DNA of 64,000 bases, from IMG/VR virus record IMGVR_UViG_3300014059_000005, positions 75,666-139,665 of that record; one strand, 5' to 3'. The stretch is from a virus (Duplodnaviria; Caudoviricetes). This document shows positions 1-10,911 of this stretch, piece after piece; position 1 is the stretch's first letter; every line of letters begins with the position of its first letter. A program made the position numbers and the translations under genes. Under the pieces are notes generated by a model. That model had not been told where the DNA came from and made no database searches. It saw only the letters and a list, made by a program, of their open reading frames with translations.

Positions 1-157
1 TCTGACGTGGGAATCGATTCCCTACTCCGTCGATCCGTGGAACAGCGGTAACGGAAGCTACGGCGTCCCGATCTACACGCACACGTTGAGTACCTAGTCT
101 ACCTCCAATATCTCAAATACAGCGTTTACCGCTACCCAGTCACCAGGTCACTACAAC

Positions 158-700
158 ATGCTCCGAAAGTTTGTCAACTGGCTTCACAAGCGGATGAACC
201 GCCTGCCCTACATGGAGTACGACTTCTACTCCCCTATGGAGAGGGTGATCTATTCCTATTTCGATGGGCAGACGGTGGTCCAGGCCGACCCCATGATGCT
301 GTTCCGAAAGCTGGCTGTTCGGCAGCAGGATATGGCTTTGTGGGCCAGGGTTGCCGACTCCCAGTCCAAGGACGCCGTGATGGCAGAGGACAAGTTCTTG
401 GAGCACGTCCGGGCGATCTTCGGGGTCAAGCCGTTCGAGGGAGGAGGTCTGACGGTCCAGGAGACCAAGGACCTCCTGGACCACTTCTACGGGTATTGTG
501 TGCTGCTAAAAAAAAATTCGAGCGGGTCTTCGACAACTGCGGGGGCAACATCGGTGCCTACTGGGCAACCTACGTCGGTGTCGTCCGCAGAGTCCTCGCC
601 TCCCCCTCCTACGAGGAACACTTCGCCTTCTGGGTCCTCCAGCGAAGAACCCTCTACCGACAGTCCTCTGCCGTCGCCTTCGGATGTCGTGTCGCCCTAG
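158..700 (+). CDS. Tail assembly chaperone (gpG-like)
   Basis: Directly upstream of a tape-measure-like gene; contains an A9 slippery run at 508-516; a -1 frame ORF continues to 819. Confidence 0.65.
   Translation: MLRKFVNWLHKRMNRLPYMEYDFYSPMERVIYSYFDGQTVVQADPMMLFRKLAVRQQDMALWARVADSQSKDAVMAEDKFLEHVRAIFGVKPFEGGGLTVQETKDLLDHFYGYCVLLKKNSSGSSTTAGATSVPTGQPTSVSSAESSPPPPTRNTSPSGSSSEEPSTDSPLPSPSDVVSP
508..517 (+). other. Programmed -1 frameshift site (CTA AAA AAA AAT) giving a gpGT-like product ending at 819
   Basis: A AAA AAA heptamer; the -1 frame is open (KKKFERVFD...) to 819, overlapping the next gene start. Confidence 0.7.
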
Positions 701-802
701 GCTTCATCATTCCTGGAAGCGAGTATTACGAATCGATCGCCACGGACGAAGAAGAAGCAAATCTACTACGCCGCCAGGACGACGCCTTGAGGAGGATCTT
801 CG

Positions 803-2269
803 ATGTCCAAAATCATTGACTCCCTGGTGTGGGCGGCGTCCCAGCTCGCTCGCGCGACCAAGGCGATCTATTCTCTTCCTCATGATCTGACCACTGGTCT
901 AACTAGAATTGTTTCGGACTTTGCCTCACAGTCCCAGCAGGATTGGTCGAATTTCAAAAAATGGGCTCAGTCACAGTTCTCCAAGCAGTCTGCTACAGGT
1001 GGCCCAGGACCGATTACCAATGTTGCCCAGTGGTTCAAGGATCTGGGTAATTGGGATGTTGGTGCCTGGGCTACCAAGGCCTGGCAATCGGTTGTTGCCA
1101 AGTCAGTCCCGGTGTGGACGAAATGGACAGCAGCTGGGACCACTCTCAACAACGTCGCAAAGACCTTCCAGGGACTTCTTAGATGGGCTGCTACCTTACT
1201 GTTCAAGATCCCGTTCCACCTTGCCAAGATGGGCTATCAGAGTGCCCGGGGGACCGTAGCTAACCTGTACCGTGAGGGCGTAGGCAAGGAGGACGCCCGC
1301 ACCGAGACCGCCAAGGCTTATCAGGGAGTCAAGGACGCCGAAAGAGCACAACTCCTGGCGCCCTATGACCTGGCCTGGGCAAAGAGAAAAGAGGCGAAAG
1401 CTCTACGAAAATACCAAATAGCGCAGGCGAGCGTCAGTCTGAATCCGACGAATGCATCCCTGAAAAGAAAAGCGGTCGAGGCCCAGGCTAATTATCTGAA
1501 CGCCCAGGCCAGGACATCGGAGGCCGAGGAGGCCCAGGCAGCCGCCCCCGAGAACATGGACAAGGCCCTGGCGAGGCTCAAAGCCGCCCAGAAGGCCCTG
1601 GGACAGACCAAGGGGGTCAGCGGTAAGGTTCTGGGCATCGGCAACGTCCTGGGTACGGCCGGGTCCACGGTGTCCAACGTCATTGGGGGGATCGCGGCCG
1701 GCGGGGCCTCGGGGGGAATCGGCGGAGCCCTGGGTGCTGCTGGGGGCATGATCTCCCGTCTCGGTGGTCCCTGGGGCATGGCCATTGGTGGTGTCATTAC
1801 GATGGGTGCCACTGCCTTCAAGGTCACAGATACTCTAAGACGCTGGGGAGATGAACTCCACCGAAGCAATATGAGCCTCGCCGAATTCTCTGGCCTGATG
1901 GCGGGCGTGCAGGCCAGGAGGACGGTCCAGGAAGTCATCCTCTCCCGGCAGAAGGGCGACTACCTGTCGAAGTCCGCCGGTAGACTATCCGACGCCCAGA
2001 TGGCCTCCGAGAGGGCGTGGGCTCCGGCCAAGGTCAAGTGGGACGAAGCCTGGAACGATGGACTGGCCGGAGTTTACAAGGGCTTGGAGTACCTGGCGGC
2101 TATCCACAACTGGCTGTTCAACATCGATCCGAATTTGCTCAATGGCAACAACAACGCCAATCCCGGCATGTCGTGGCTCGGGAACAACACTTTTGTGGAT
2201 CAGGCCATTGCCCGCTGGGAGCAAGAGTATGGGCGTCCCGATCGGTTCATGAGCAATTACGGCCCGTGA
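803..2269 (+). CDS. Tape-measure-like tail protein
   Basis: Trp-periodic amphipathic N-terminus, Ala/Lys coiled coil, Gly/Ala-rich hydrophobic segment; follows the chaperone. Confidence 0.55.
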   Translation: MSKIIDSLVWAASQLARATKAIYSLPHDLTTGLTRIVSDFASQSQQDWSNFKKWAQSQFSKQSATGGPGPITNVAQWFKDLGNWDVGAWATKAWQSVVAKSVPVWTKWTAAGTTLNNVAKTFQGLLRWAATLLFKIPFHLAKMGYQSARGTVANLYREGVGKEDARTETAKAYQGVKDAERAQLLAPYDLAWAKRKEAKALRKYQIAQASVSLNPTNASLKRKAVEAQANYLNAQARTSEAEEAQAAAPENMDKALARLKAAQKALGQTKGVSGKVLGIGNVLGTAGSTVSNVIGGIAAGGASGGIGGALGAAGGMISRLGGPWGMAIGGVITMGATAFKVTDTLRRWGDELHRSNMSLAEFSGLMAGVQARRTVQEVILSRQKGDYLSKSAGRLSDAQMASERAWAPAKVKWDEAWNDGLAGVYKGLEYLAAIHNWLFNIDPNLLNGNNNANPGMSWLGNNTFVDQAIARWEQEYGRPDRFMSNYGP

Positions 2270-2278
2270 GAACTATCC

Positions 2279-3607
2279 ATGTCCATCCTCAAGTACAACG
2301 ACATCACCCTGCCCTACTCGAACGTGACCCGTTTCTCCCAAGACGCGGTCTACGACGAGCAGGGCAATACCGACTGGTACTGCACGCGGTTCGACATCCA
2401 GGTGACGTGCTACATCAACCTGCAATATATCGAGATGCTGAACCCCAGGTTCGCAACGGTCAACGCAGTATCCGGAGCGGCGGCGGTCATGAAGGCGATC
2501 CGCCAGGATCTCCTCCAGCCCAGAAAGCGTCTGTCCTTCGTCAGCAACGGGGTGGACTTGATCCCATCTCCGCAGGAGAACCCCAACGGCTCCCCCGTGG
2601 TCCGGGGGGTCATCGATGCCAAGAACGGTCCGCAGCCCCAATACTGCACCATCGATCCCGTCACCGACCACACCTTTATCCTCCAATTCGGGATCATCGC
2701 TCACTACTGGGAGACCAACACCAACACCATCACCTCTTCCGGGGTAAGCACGGTCAACCTGCGGGGCTGTCCAGTGCTCTACAACAGATGGTCCGAGACG
2801 GTGGAGATCGACAACTGTCAGTATTCCAAGAGAACCCGCGAGGGGAAGTACATCATCCGATCGGACAACTACGAGGGCAAGACGGTAGACCAGTACCGGG
2901 CACAATTGGCCGTGCTCATGGTGCCCAAGGGGTTCCTGCGAGAGTCCGCCCGGTACACCGTATCCCCAGACGGCCTGGCACTCCAGTACACCATCGTGGA
3001 CAAAGAGCACTATAAGCTGCCCCCGGAGTTCGCCTACGAGGCCCACGGGGAATATACGGGCACGTCGGCCAACGGCGGTGGAAGCCTTACGGGAGAGGTT
3101 CGACTGCGACTCAGGGGTGGCCGCAACCCGAGATTCGGGAATCAGGACGACCTGGTGACCATTGCGGTGGTATTGTGTACCGCCAAACTGATGACGACCG
3201 CCAACGGGCCGGTACAGATCCGAACATTCCGAATCAAAACGGATATGTTCGACAATGCTGTGGATTTGTATATGTGCGCCATGATGAACGTGATCAACTC
3301 CCAGGTAAACGGGGTCGCCAATCTGACCAGCACCTATAACGACAATTTTTTGAACAACATTACCTTCACTCCGTTGGTGGACGACAGCCCGGTCGGGGAG
3401 GACCCACCGACGTACACCGCACGCGGATCAGCACGTCTACTCCTCCAGGCGGCAGCGTATTACGATCCCAATCTAGCCAACGTGCCTGATCTCAAACCCG
3501 GCAAGGTTAGCGTGTCCTACGACGAGGACGTGCCTACCATAGGGTCTCAGCAGAACACGGGTAAGAGGGTTCCCGGCGAAGCCGGGAGATATGGAGAGGA
3601 TAGCTAA
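2279..3607 (+). CDS. Putative tail/virion structural protein
   Basis: 442-aa ORF in tail operon; no motif recognised. Confidence 0.5.
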   Translation: MSILKYNDITLPYSNVTRFSQDAVYDEQGNTDWYCTRFDIQVTCYINLQYIEMLNPRFATVNAVSGAAAVMKAIRQDLLQPRKRLSFVSNGVDLIPSPQENPNGSPVVRGVIDAKNGPQPQYCTIDPVTDHTFILQFGIIAHYWETNTNTITSSGVSTVNLRGCPVLYNRWSETVEIDNCQYSKRTREGKYIIRSDNYEGKTVDQYRAQLAVLMVPKGFLRESARYTVSPDGLALQYTIVDKEHYKLPPEFAYEAHGEYTGTSANGGGSLTGEVRLRLRGGRNPRFGNQDDLVTIAVVLCTAKLMTTANGPVQIRTFRIKTDMFDNAVDLYMCAMMNVINSQVNGVANLTSTYNDNFLNNITFTPLVDDSPVGEDPPTYTARGSARLLLQAAAYYDPNLANVPDLKPGKVSVSYDEDVPTIGSQQNTGKRVPGEAGRYGEDS

Positions 3608-4291
3608 ATGGCTGCACCCCCTCAAAATAACAACGCTACCCAGGCAAACGCCGCCTCGTACTTCAGTGTGGGTACGGGGCCGGTGACCCCCAACGGGGAT
3701 AGCGGGAAGTATGACACCAGCAAGACCCGAAACCCCGGTATCTGGACCGACTGTCAGATCATCAACCGCTACGAATCCGATCGTCGGATCTACATGATGT
3801 CTCTGTGCTTTCCCAGGCCTGGCGGTGAGCGGATTCTCAGTACCGCAGGGGCGGGTGTGTCCCAGCACAGTACAGCCACCATTTCCAACACCTCTTCCTC
3901 CAAGCCATCTGTAGCGTTCGTTCAGTTGGGATCACCGACCCTGTTGTGGATTTGTGACTGGACGGTCTGCCGCACCAGCGCAAAGCCCATCGCTCCCGAT
4001 CCTGATCCTGGGGACTCCAACTGGGTTCTTCTCGACGAGTGGATCGAGCCAGTCAAGATCGTGGTTCTGGACGACGCCCAGACGCCCGTGTACCGCTTGA
4101 GCGGGACCTACTTCTACGGGCACACCAACCCAAGCGCGAACCCCATCGACAACATGAACTTCCCACGACCTCCCTGGCTCCAGAACGCCTTCAGCCGAAA
4201 TATCACCAAGGACATGTTCGATTCTGGGTTATCGAACGACTCAGGAATTGCAGGTGGTGGGGGACATCCTGCACAACCAATCACTCAGTAA
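3608..4291 (+). CDS. Putative tail/virion structural protein
   Basis: 227-aa ORF abutting the upstream stop. Confidence 0.5.
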   Translation: MAAPPQNNNATQANAASYFSVGTGPVTPNGDSGKYDTSKTRNPGIWTDCQIINRYESDRRIYMMSLCFPRPGGERILSTAGAGVSQHSTATISNTSSSKPSVAFVQLGSPTLLWICDWTVCRTSAKPIAPDPDPGDSNWVLLDEWIEPVKIVVLDDAQTPVYRLSGTYFYGHTNPSANPIDNMNFPRPPWLQNAFSRNITKDMFDSGLSNDSGIAGGGGHPAQPITQ

Positions 4292-4326
4292 GGTATCCAC
4301 AAACCACGGAGCAGGGGACATAAGAG

Positions 4327-5730
4327 ATGGCTATCAGTTTTAATAGCGCAACAGGAAACTTGTTTAACCGTCTGGGCTCCGTTGGTGCCCTGATCGCCAA
4401 CGCCCGAACCCACCAGTTGATCCAGTTGACCGCCATGACGAACACCACTACGGGCGTGGTGGCCGAGTACAACTCGGAATCCGACATCCAGGCCATCATG
4501 GGGTCGAGCTACATCAGCATCCTCCAGTCCATCGGTTCGACGGTCAGTTCCACCTGTCAGCAGATAGCCGAACAGACGGTCAATCGCATGGTGTTCCGGG
4601 ATTTCGCCCGGCTCAACCAGAACCTGACCCAGACCAACACCTTGGGTTCTCTGGTGGAGATCATCCGTCAGATGCAAGCTGCTGGAGCCACGGTTCTGGC
4701 CATGACCATTGGAGCATCTTCCACAGCCTTCACCGGAGATGGTAATGGTGTCGTCAACGTCTCCACCAAGAGGCCCTACGATGGCCTGGTCCTGGAGAAT
4801 GCCTTTGCCGAGACCATCACCTATACCTGTAGCGCGGACTCCTACTCAGGTGGTGCTACCGAGGGTGCGGAGGTCTTCTCGGTAAACGGTCAGGGATCCC
4901 AGTCCGATCTATTTGCCTTCGACTGGCCTCTGGGATCCAATGCCCAGACCACGCTCACCGCGATCGATGGAGATTCGGATAACACCAACGGTAATCTTCT
5001 GACCAACTCGGGGTTCGCTTCCTGGACGGGCAATACTCCAGATTACTTCACCATCGAGGTGGGCACAGCTGGGACCAATGTGGTCAAGGAAGCTAGCATC
5101 GTCTACTCCGGTAGTTATTCGATGGCCCTCCCTGGGGATGGAACCACGCAGGTAGACATCCAGCAGGTGTTCGACGATAGCACTGGAACCCTGGGAACAC
5201 TGTCCCCGCAGACCCAGTATTCGTTCAACATCTTCCTGCGACGGGGTGGGACGGAGATCGGTAGCGGTGTCCTCCAGGTGGCCCTGGTAGACGCCGATGG
5301 AGACATCCTCCAGGATGTGGCTGGGGTCAACAATTCCTTCAATATCGATCTGACCAATCTCAACACGGTGTTCACTGCCTACACGGGGGTGTTCCGTACC
5401 GGACAGATCCTGCCAGATACCGTCTACTTGCGATTGCTCCAGACCACTCCCATCCAGTCGAGTCGGACGGTCTACGCTGGCAAGATGAGTCTGGGTATCA
5501 TGTCCCAGTTCTACACCTGTGGTCCATTCCTGGCGATCCACTCGGGGTCAGATCCGTTCCTATTTGGAGATTATGCCTACACCACCATCACCAACAGTAG
5601 AGGATCTGGAGGGACGCTGAACACCTGGCAAACTTGCATGGCGCGTTTGTTCAGTAGTTATGTGTACAGTAATGAACTCTTGTTCCCCTCATCGGCCAGT
5701 CCTACTATCAGCGATTCGCTGATTGCTTAA
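4327..5730 (+). CDS. Virion protein with carbohydrate-binding-module-like beta-sandwich
   Basis: Thr/Ser/Gly-rich; NLLTNSGFASW...SGSYSMAL pattern typical of CBM_4_9-like domains. Confidence 0.5.
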   Translation: MAISFNSATGNLFNRLGSVGALIANARTHQLIQLTAMTNTTTGVVAEYNSESDIQAIMGSSYISILQSIGSTVSSTCQQIAEQTVNRMVFRDFARLNQNLTQTNTLGSLVEIIRQMQAAGATVLAMTIGASSTAFTGDGNGVVNVSTKRPYDGLVLENAFAETITYTCSADSYSGGATEGAEVFSVNGQGSQSDLFAFDWPLGSNAQTTLTAIDGDSDNTNGNLLTNSGFASWTGNTPDYFTIEVGTAGTNVVKEASIVYSGSYSMALPGDGTTQVDIQQVFDDSTGTLGTLSPQTQYSFNIFLRRGGTEIGSGVLQVALVDADGDILQDVAGVNNSFNIDLTNLNTVFTAYTGVFRTGQILPDTVYLRLLQTTPIQSSRTVYAGKMSLGIMSQFYTCGPFLAIHSGSDPFLFGDYAYTTITNSRGSGGTLNTWQTCMARLFSSYVYSNELLFPSSASPTISDSLIA

Positions 5731-5812
5731 AGATATCAATTGTCCGGTATTATCTGCTTGTCGCTGTCTATCCGAGAGACTATCCTAATGGATCCATCGG
5801 ATACAGGACATC

Positions 5813-6664
5813 ATGACGCAAATCGATATCACCATCGTCTATCTGACCCATCGACCCGGTGGGATCGATATGCTGGCAGAATCTCTGCGGCACCAGATCC
5901 CAACTTACGAACTGGTGGTCATCGACGGTTATCCTGGCAGAGTCGAGCGGGGTGTGGCCAGACAGTATCTGCTGGATGCCGGGGTACGACTGGCCCACTA
6001 TGGCAAGCCCAAACCCCGATCCTATCCTGGATCTGCAACTGGGTTCGCCAACGCCATGAACACGGGGGCTCTGTGGGTACGTTCTCCCTACGTCGTATTC
6101 CTGCACGATTTCACCTACATGCTCCCAGGAGCCATTAGTCAGTGGATGGTGTGCCGTAGGTTCCATCCCGCCAGGAGTCTGATCTCTGGCATTGCTTCGA
6201 TGCGTGATGTCCAGCCCCCAGAGAATACCACCGATCTGTCCTTGTGGGGCGACCCCGGCACCTGTCTGCGCAATCTCTACAACGAGACCGAGCGATGGGT
6301 GCCCCGGAAGTTCGAGTTGTTCTACGCAGGATTTCCCATCGATTTCATAACGGCTATCAATGGCTTCGACGAGCGAGCCGATACTGGGCACATCAACTGG
6401 ACCTATGCTTCGGTGATCCATCAAGCTGAAGCCCACGAATACTCCCTCCGAGTCGATCCCCGATTGGAGGTCATCATGGGCAATCACCGCAAATGGGGCG
6501 AATCCGAATCGGACTCCCCAGATTCGGGAAACTCGAAATTGTGGTATCCTGCCAGAGAGCCCGAAGCCAAAGTGAAAAGGCCGGAATGGCTCCCGGCCTC
6601 GCCCAATCCCTACACGTTCAGAAATTTGCGTAAGATGTACAGCGAACTGGAGCGATTGCTCTAA
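5813..6664 (+). CDS. Glycosyltransferase family 2
   Basis: DITIVYLT..R, ELVVIDG, AMNTG, VVFLHD, INGFDE GT-A motifs. Confidence 0.8.
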   Translation: MTQIDITIVYLTHRPGGIDMLAESLRHQIPTYELVVIDGYPGRVERGVARQYLLDAGVRLAHYGKPKPRSYPGSATGFANAMNTGALWVRSPYVVFLHDFTYMLPGAISQWMVCRRFHPARSLISGIASMRDVQPPENTTDLSLWGDPGTCLRNLYNETERWVPRKFELFYAGFPIDFITAINGFDERADTGHINWTYASVIHQAEAHEYSLRVDPRLEVIMGNHRKWGESESDSPDSGNSKLWYPAREPEAKVKRPEWLPASPNPYTFRNLRKMYSELERLL

Positions 6665-6705
6665 TAGATCGGTTGTTCTGACAGGCTGCCCCGACAGGAA
6701 TTCCT

Positions 6706-9567
6706 ATGGCTTTCTCCTACCAGATGACATTCGGCGAGGTTCCGTTTTGCGGAGATACCGCGACGGTCTACCGTATGCCCATGAAGGTCCCCGAGGGTGA
6801 GGAATCGACCAAGGAGGGGATGGCACCCTTCAAGCACCAACCCATGACGGAGTTGCTGGAGGAACTGGATAGGCTCATCCCTTTCCGGAATATCCACGAT
6901 CTGCCTGGTATGGGCTATCTCAGCAAGAACCTGTGCTCGATCGCCCACAAGAACCCTCCCAATGTCGATCCCAGCCACAACGTCCATATCAATGATTTCT
7001 ACTACCCCAACTGCATTACTCGTTGGGGGGTATTCCGGGGCCTGGTGACATCCACCAACGTCAAGGAGATGCTGAAATTGACCAGAGGAACCGATCCTCT
7101 GGAATTCGTGATGAAGTGCATGCCCAGCAGTGCCAGTAACGGCAGCAGCACCGCTGACTACACGATCACCACGGAAATGTACATGCTCCCTCCCCACAAT
7201 CTGGTGGAGCATGGAGGCAGATTCGATGGGCTCTATCTCGTCACCCTGGTGGATGATCGCTACTATCTCCAGGACTATGTAGCAACTTTGCACTATGCTC
7301 AGGACGCCGTCTGGGCAGACCTGCTCGATGATCTAGCAGCGGTCCTCGGTATCACCCTGACCTACGACGATGTGGAGGAGGTCTACTCCCGTCCCGATGG
7401 AGACAGCCAACTCTGGACCACCAATGAGTCGGCCACGGTACTCCTGGATGCAGTAGCATTCAACATCGGCAGGGTCGTGGTACGGAAACTGGACGGGACC
7501 TACGAATTGCAATCGGTCGATGACGCCTACTCCACGGTGCTCCTCAACCGTGGCAGCGTCAATAGCGTGGTCCGAGTGGCAGGCGGTAGCTTCTTCGAGA
7601 ACCCCAACCCCTTTCCCGTGGGGTCCCTGGAGGAAGCCAAGAACTCCGCTGTGCCCTCTCAGGTGCAGGTGAATTTCCCCTACTACGTCACCCAGGATCC
7701 CCAGGGGAACATCCCCCATCTGCTCAACGCCCGCACTACCAACCAGAGACCCTCTACCTGGACCGAGGACGCTCATGGTGGTCTGTTCTCGGTGTTCGTG
7801 CCCATCCGTAGTGGTGGCATCTATGTCTCCGGGAAGGCGGGCACGGGGACAGCACAAATCTACGACACAGCCAAGGCCCTGATCTCGGGAGAAATCCATG
7901 CGGTCAGCGGTCTCGATCCTTACAACGCCTCGGGCCTGACCGCACTGGCCATGAAACTGGCACAGGACAGGTACGGTTTCCTGGCGGCAGCATCCCTGGA
8001 TGAGGTCTATCCCGGTGTCTACAACTGGGAGCCCGATGGTATCCACGACATCGTCTGGACCATCTCCGAGAAACGTCACGGGGCCTTTACCCGGGTCCTG
8101 CGATCGCCCTGGTCGCAATCAATCGACTATTTCCAGCATGCCATGCCAGAGTTGTCTGGGGTCTATACCACGGTCGCGTTCGGGGTAGGGGGCAAATCAG
8201 TCCCTCAGACCGTTCGGGACTCCTACGGGGCCTCTGGGACGTTCGTGGGCATGTCTGGAGCGTCCAGAACGATTCGGGCCAAACTGACGACGAAGTTATT
8301 CTCGGGGGATGCCTACGCCATACTCAATGGTGTGGACTTCTTGCCTACCCAGAACCGCTGGCGGGCACAGATCGTGTCCTCGGGATTCAACCTGTCGGGA
8401 TTACCCTACATCGCCCGCGAGGTGGTCCTGTTCGAGGGTACATCGGGAGGCATGTACTTCATCTCCGTGGGAGGAGCCCCGGTCCTGGTATCCCCTGGAT
8501 ACAGTCCTGGGATCGAGGAGCCACTACCCCGACAGCTAGCAGTCCAGATCGTCCAGCGGGGTGTCGATGGCACATTCATCCCCGAGCAACACAATGTCAG
8601 TGGCGAGGTCTGGGAAGTTCTTCCCGACACGGTGTACGGGGCCAATGTGGTGTCCCACGAGAAGGGACAGTTCAACTTCCACAAGGCGTGGACCTCGGGA
8701 GGAGTACAGGAAGTCAGCATCGTCCCTCAGACCCAGAGCGTGTTCGTCCTCGATGGCTCTGGGGCGATCATCAATCACCGGCTCATGCAGTCGGGAGTGC
8801 TCAATACCTTCGATCCCACAAGAGTGTCCGGACAATGGGTGCTCAACGAGTACGTCTGGGTTACAGAGCGGAATACCAATATCTTCGCCAACTCTGGACT
8901 ACTCCACTCTGGGAATCTGTCGGGGGGAAGTATCTCGGGACAGGTGTCCTACTCGGGTATGTACTTCTCAGGACTCAATCAGAGCGGGCACAACTTCGGC
9001 CCACTCCTGTCTGGATGCCGATTCGACGGCCAGCTAGTTGGGTTCAGTATTCGGGAGTCGGGTAAGGTGTCGGCCCCGGTCTACGCCGTGGACATGGGAG
9101 GAGGTGCCGATGGCACCTTCCTGGCCCAGTTGGTGGAAAAGAACTACTCAGGTAACACCATTCGCTACTACTGGTGGCCAGTCCAGGACGTCATCGCCAC
9201 CACGGAGATCACCGGGGAGCCCTATCTCGACTACGAGATCATCAACGAGAACGACTACTGGAACAACTACCTCGTCAAGCCTCCCTGCTTCCATGAGCAG
9301 AATATCGACCTGCCCGTCTTCCCCCTGCTCCCATTCGAGGTGGGTGGTACGACCTATAGCGGTGGTGGTATCCAACCTTTGAGTATCGTGCGACTACGTC
9401 AGGGAGCCGGAAACTTCTATCTATGCAATCAGAAGCCCTGGGAGGATCTATTCCGCAGGACGTCGGATTCGGATGCTCAGGGGGTCGTAGCCTACCACTA
9501 CTTCTACAACCAGAACACGAGCGCCTTCCAGGACGGGCAGGAAGTGCGTCTGATCGTACCATCTTGA
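6706..9567 (+). CDS. Large tail tip/baseplate-type structural protein
   Basis: 953 aa, beta-rich with many SG dipeptides; position in tail module. Confidence 0.5.
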   Translation: MAFSYQMTFGEVPFCGDTATVYRMPMKVPEGEESTKEGMAPFKHQPMTELLEELDRLIPFRNIHDLPGMGYLSKNLCSIAHKNPPNVDPSHNVHINDFYYPNCITRWGVFRGLVTSTNVKEMLKLTRGTDPLEFVMKCMPSSASNGSSTADYTITTEMYMLPPHNLVEHGGRFDGLYLVTLVDDRYYLQDYVATLHYAQDAVWADLLDDLAAVLGITLTYDDVEEVYSRPDGDSQLWTTNESATVLLDAVAFNIGRVVVRKLDGTYELQSVDDAYSTVLLNRGSVNSVVRVAGGSFFENPNPFPVGSLEEAKNSAVPSQVQVNFPYYVTQDPQGNIPHLLNARTTNQRPSTWTEDAHGGLFSVFVPIRSGGIYVSGKAGTGTAQIYDTAKALISGEIHAVSGLDPYNASGLTALAMKLAQDRYGFLAAASLDEVYPGVYNWEPDGIHDIVWTISEKRHGAFTRVLRSPWSQSIDYFQHAMPELSGVYTTVAFGVGGKSVPQTVRDSYGASGTFVGMSGASRTIRAKLTTKLFSGDAYAILNGVDFLPTQNRWRAQIVSSGFNLSGLPYIAREVVLFEGTSGGMYFISVGGAPVLVSPGYSPGIEEPLPRQLAVQIVQRGVDGTFIPEQHNVSGEVWEVLPDTVYGANVVSHEKGQFNFHKAWTSGGVQEVSIVPQTQSVFVLDGSGAIINHRLMQSGVLNTFDPTRVSGQWVLNEYVWVTERNTNIFANSGLLHSGNLSGGSISGQVSYSGMYFSGLNQSGHNFGPLLSGCRFDGQLVGFSIRESGKVSAPVYAVDMGGGADGTFLAQLVEKNYSGNTIRYYWWPVQDVIATTEITGEPYLDYEIINENDYWNNYLVKPPCFHEQNIDLPVFPLLPFEVGGTTYSGGGIQPLSIVRLRQGAGNFYLCNQKPWEDLFRRTSDSDAQGVVAYHYFYNQNTSAFQDGQEVRLIVPS

Positions 9568-9618
9568 TTCTCAATGTCTTGATTCCAATGTCCTGATTGT
9601 GGTCCACGGGAGAGATCC

Positions 9619-10911
9619 ATGCCTTCGGTGTTCTGGGGCAGACACATTGGCTACACCGAAGTGGAGGTCGATGGTGAGCTTACCGTCGTCCCCCAGGTGG
9701 AGGAATTACCGTTTGGTAACTGTGGCCTGGACAAGAGTTTGATCGGTGGTAGGCATGTCTCCTACACCCCTTATGATCCCGCCTTTATCGTCCCGATGGG
9801 TGTGCCCATTGTCGCTACACCCCTGGACTGTTGCGAGTCGATCTCCAAGGAGGATCCGCAGACCGAATGCTTCCTGGGCCTGGGCACCGCCTACGACAAG
9901 ATGGTGGCGATGACCCTGAACGTGGAGAATTGCTACGAGGCTCAGAGGCAGAGGGTGTCATTCATCTTCAACGGCGGGACATGGCCTCCCTTCGTCATCA
10001 ACCCGGCATGTACCCCGCTCAACTATCCAGGAGCGGGGTACTGGGTGGGTGGTATGACGTTACGCGGTGGCGATGTGACATTCATCATCTCCTGCGAGCC
10101 AGGAGTAGGACCTGAATTCATACCCAACTTCCGTCTGTCCTGGACGGGATGCGATGAGGGTTGTGCAGAGGCCATCCCTGATTGTCTGGACCCACTACTC
10201 ATCAACTTTGGCAACATAACACTCAGCAACTGCTGTGGCTGTCCTGATAGCACTGCCTCGGGGACGATCAACGCCTACATCTCCAGTGGTTGCAAGCAGA
10301 CGGTGTTCGCCCGACACGTCAGTTACAACCGCCAGGGAGTTCCGATCGTTGCCAAGACCAGTAGTTGTCTATACAACGCCGAGCCCGTCGAGAGTTGTAC
10401 GCTGGCCCAGTGTGGTCTGATCGCCACCATCGACTCGTCGGATGAATGTGCCTGCATGAGTGGTATCCATGTCCTGGAGTGGCTGCTCATCCGCTGGGAA
10501 TCCCTTACCACCATGTGCGGTAACTCAGCTACCATCCACCTGGACTGTACCGATCTGGGGATAATCGATCATGTTTCCTATGTGCAACTGGACCTGTCGA
10601 TCGTCTGCGGTGCCGACACCACAGGGGGTGCATCGATGGTGATTCCGGCCCTCGACCTGGTGAACCTGGACGTGACGTTCGAGGATGTTCCCATTTCGGG
10701 TCCGGGGTCTGGGTGCGCAGGGAACTGTCAGTGGCAGTGGGCTGAGATGCCCATGACCTGGTCGCAGATCACCTTTTGCTCTGGTGGCTGCTCCTGTGCC
10801 GAGCCCAGCTTCCCAGGAACGGTGGACGGGCAAATCGCCTACACCAACTGCACAGGTGCTAGCACCGCCTGTTGCAATGGCTATATCGATGTGAGGATCA
10901 CAAGAGAATGA
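9619..10911 (+). CDS. Cysteine-rich putative virion protein
   Basis: 430 aa with >30 Cys; recurring GRH(I/V)(G/S)Y motif. Confidence 0.5.
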   Translation: MPSVFWGRHIGYTEVEVDGELTVVPQVEELPFGNCGLDKSLIGGRHVSYTPYDPAFIVPMGVPIVATPLDCCESISKEDPQTECFLGLGTAYDKMVAMTLNVENCYEAQRQRVSFIFNGGTWPPFVINPACTPLNYPGAGYWVGGMTLRGGDVTFIISCEPGVGPEFIPNFRLSWTGCDEGCAEAIPDCLDPLLINFGNITLSNCCGCPDSTASGTINAYISSGCKQTVFARHVSYNRQGVPIVAKTSSCLYNAEPVESCTLAQCGLIATIDSSDECACMSGIHVLEWLLIRWESLTTMCGNSATIHLDCTDLGIIDHVSYVQLDLSIVCGADTTGGASMVIPALDLVNLDVTFEDVPISGPGSGCAGNCQWQWAEMPMTWSQITFCSGGCSCAEPSFPGTVDGQIAYTNCTGASTACCNGYIDVRITRE

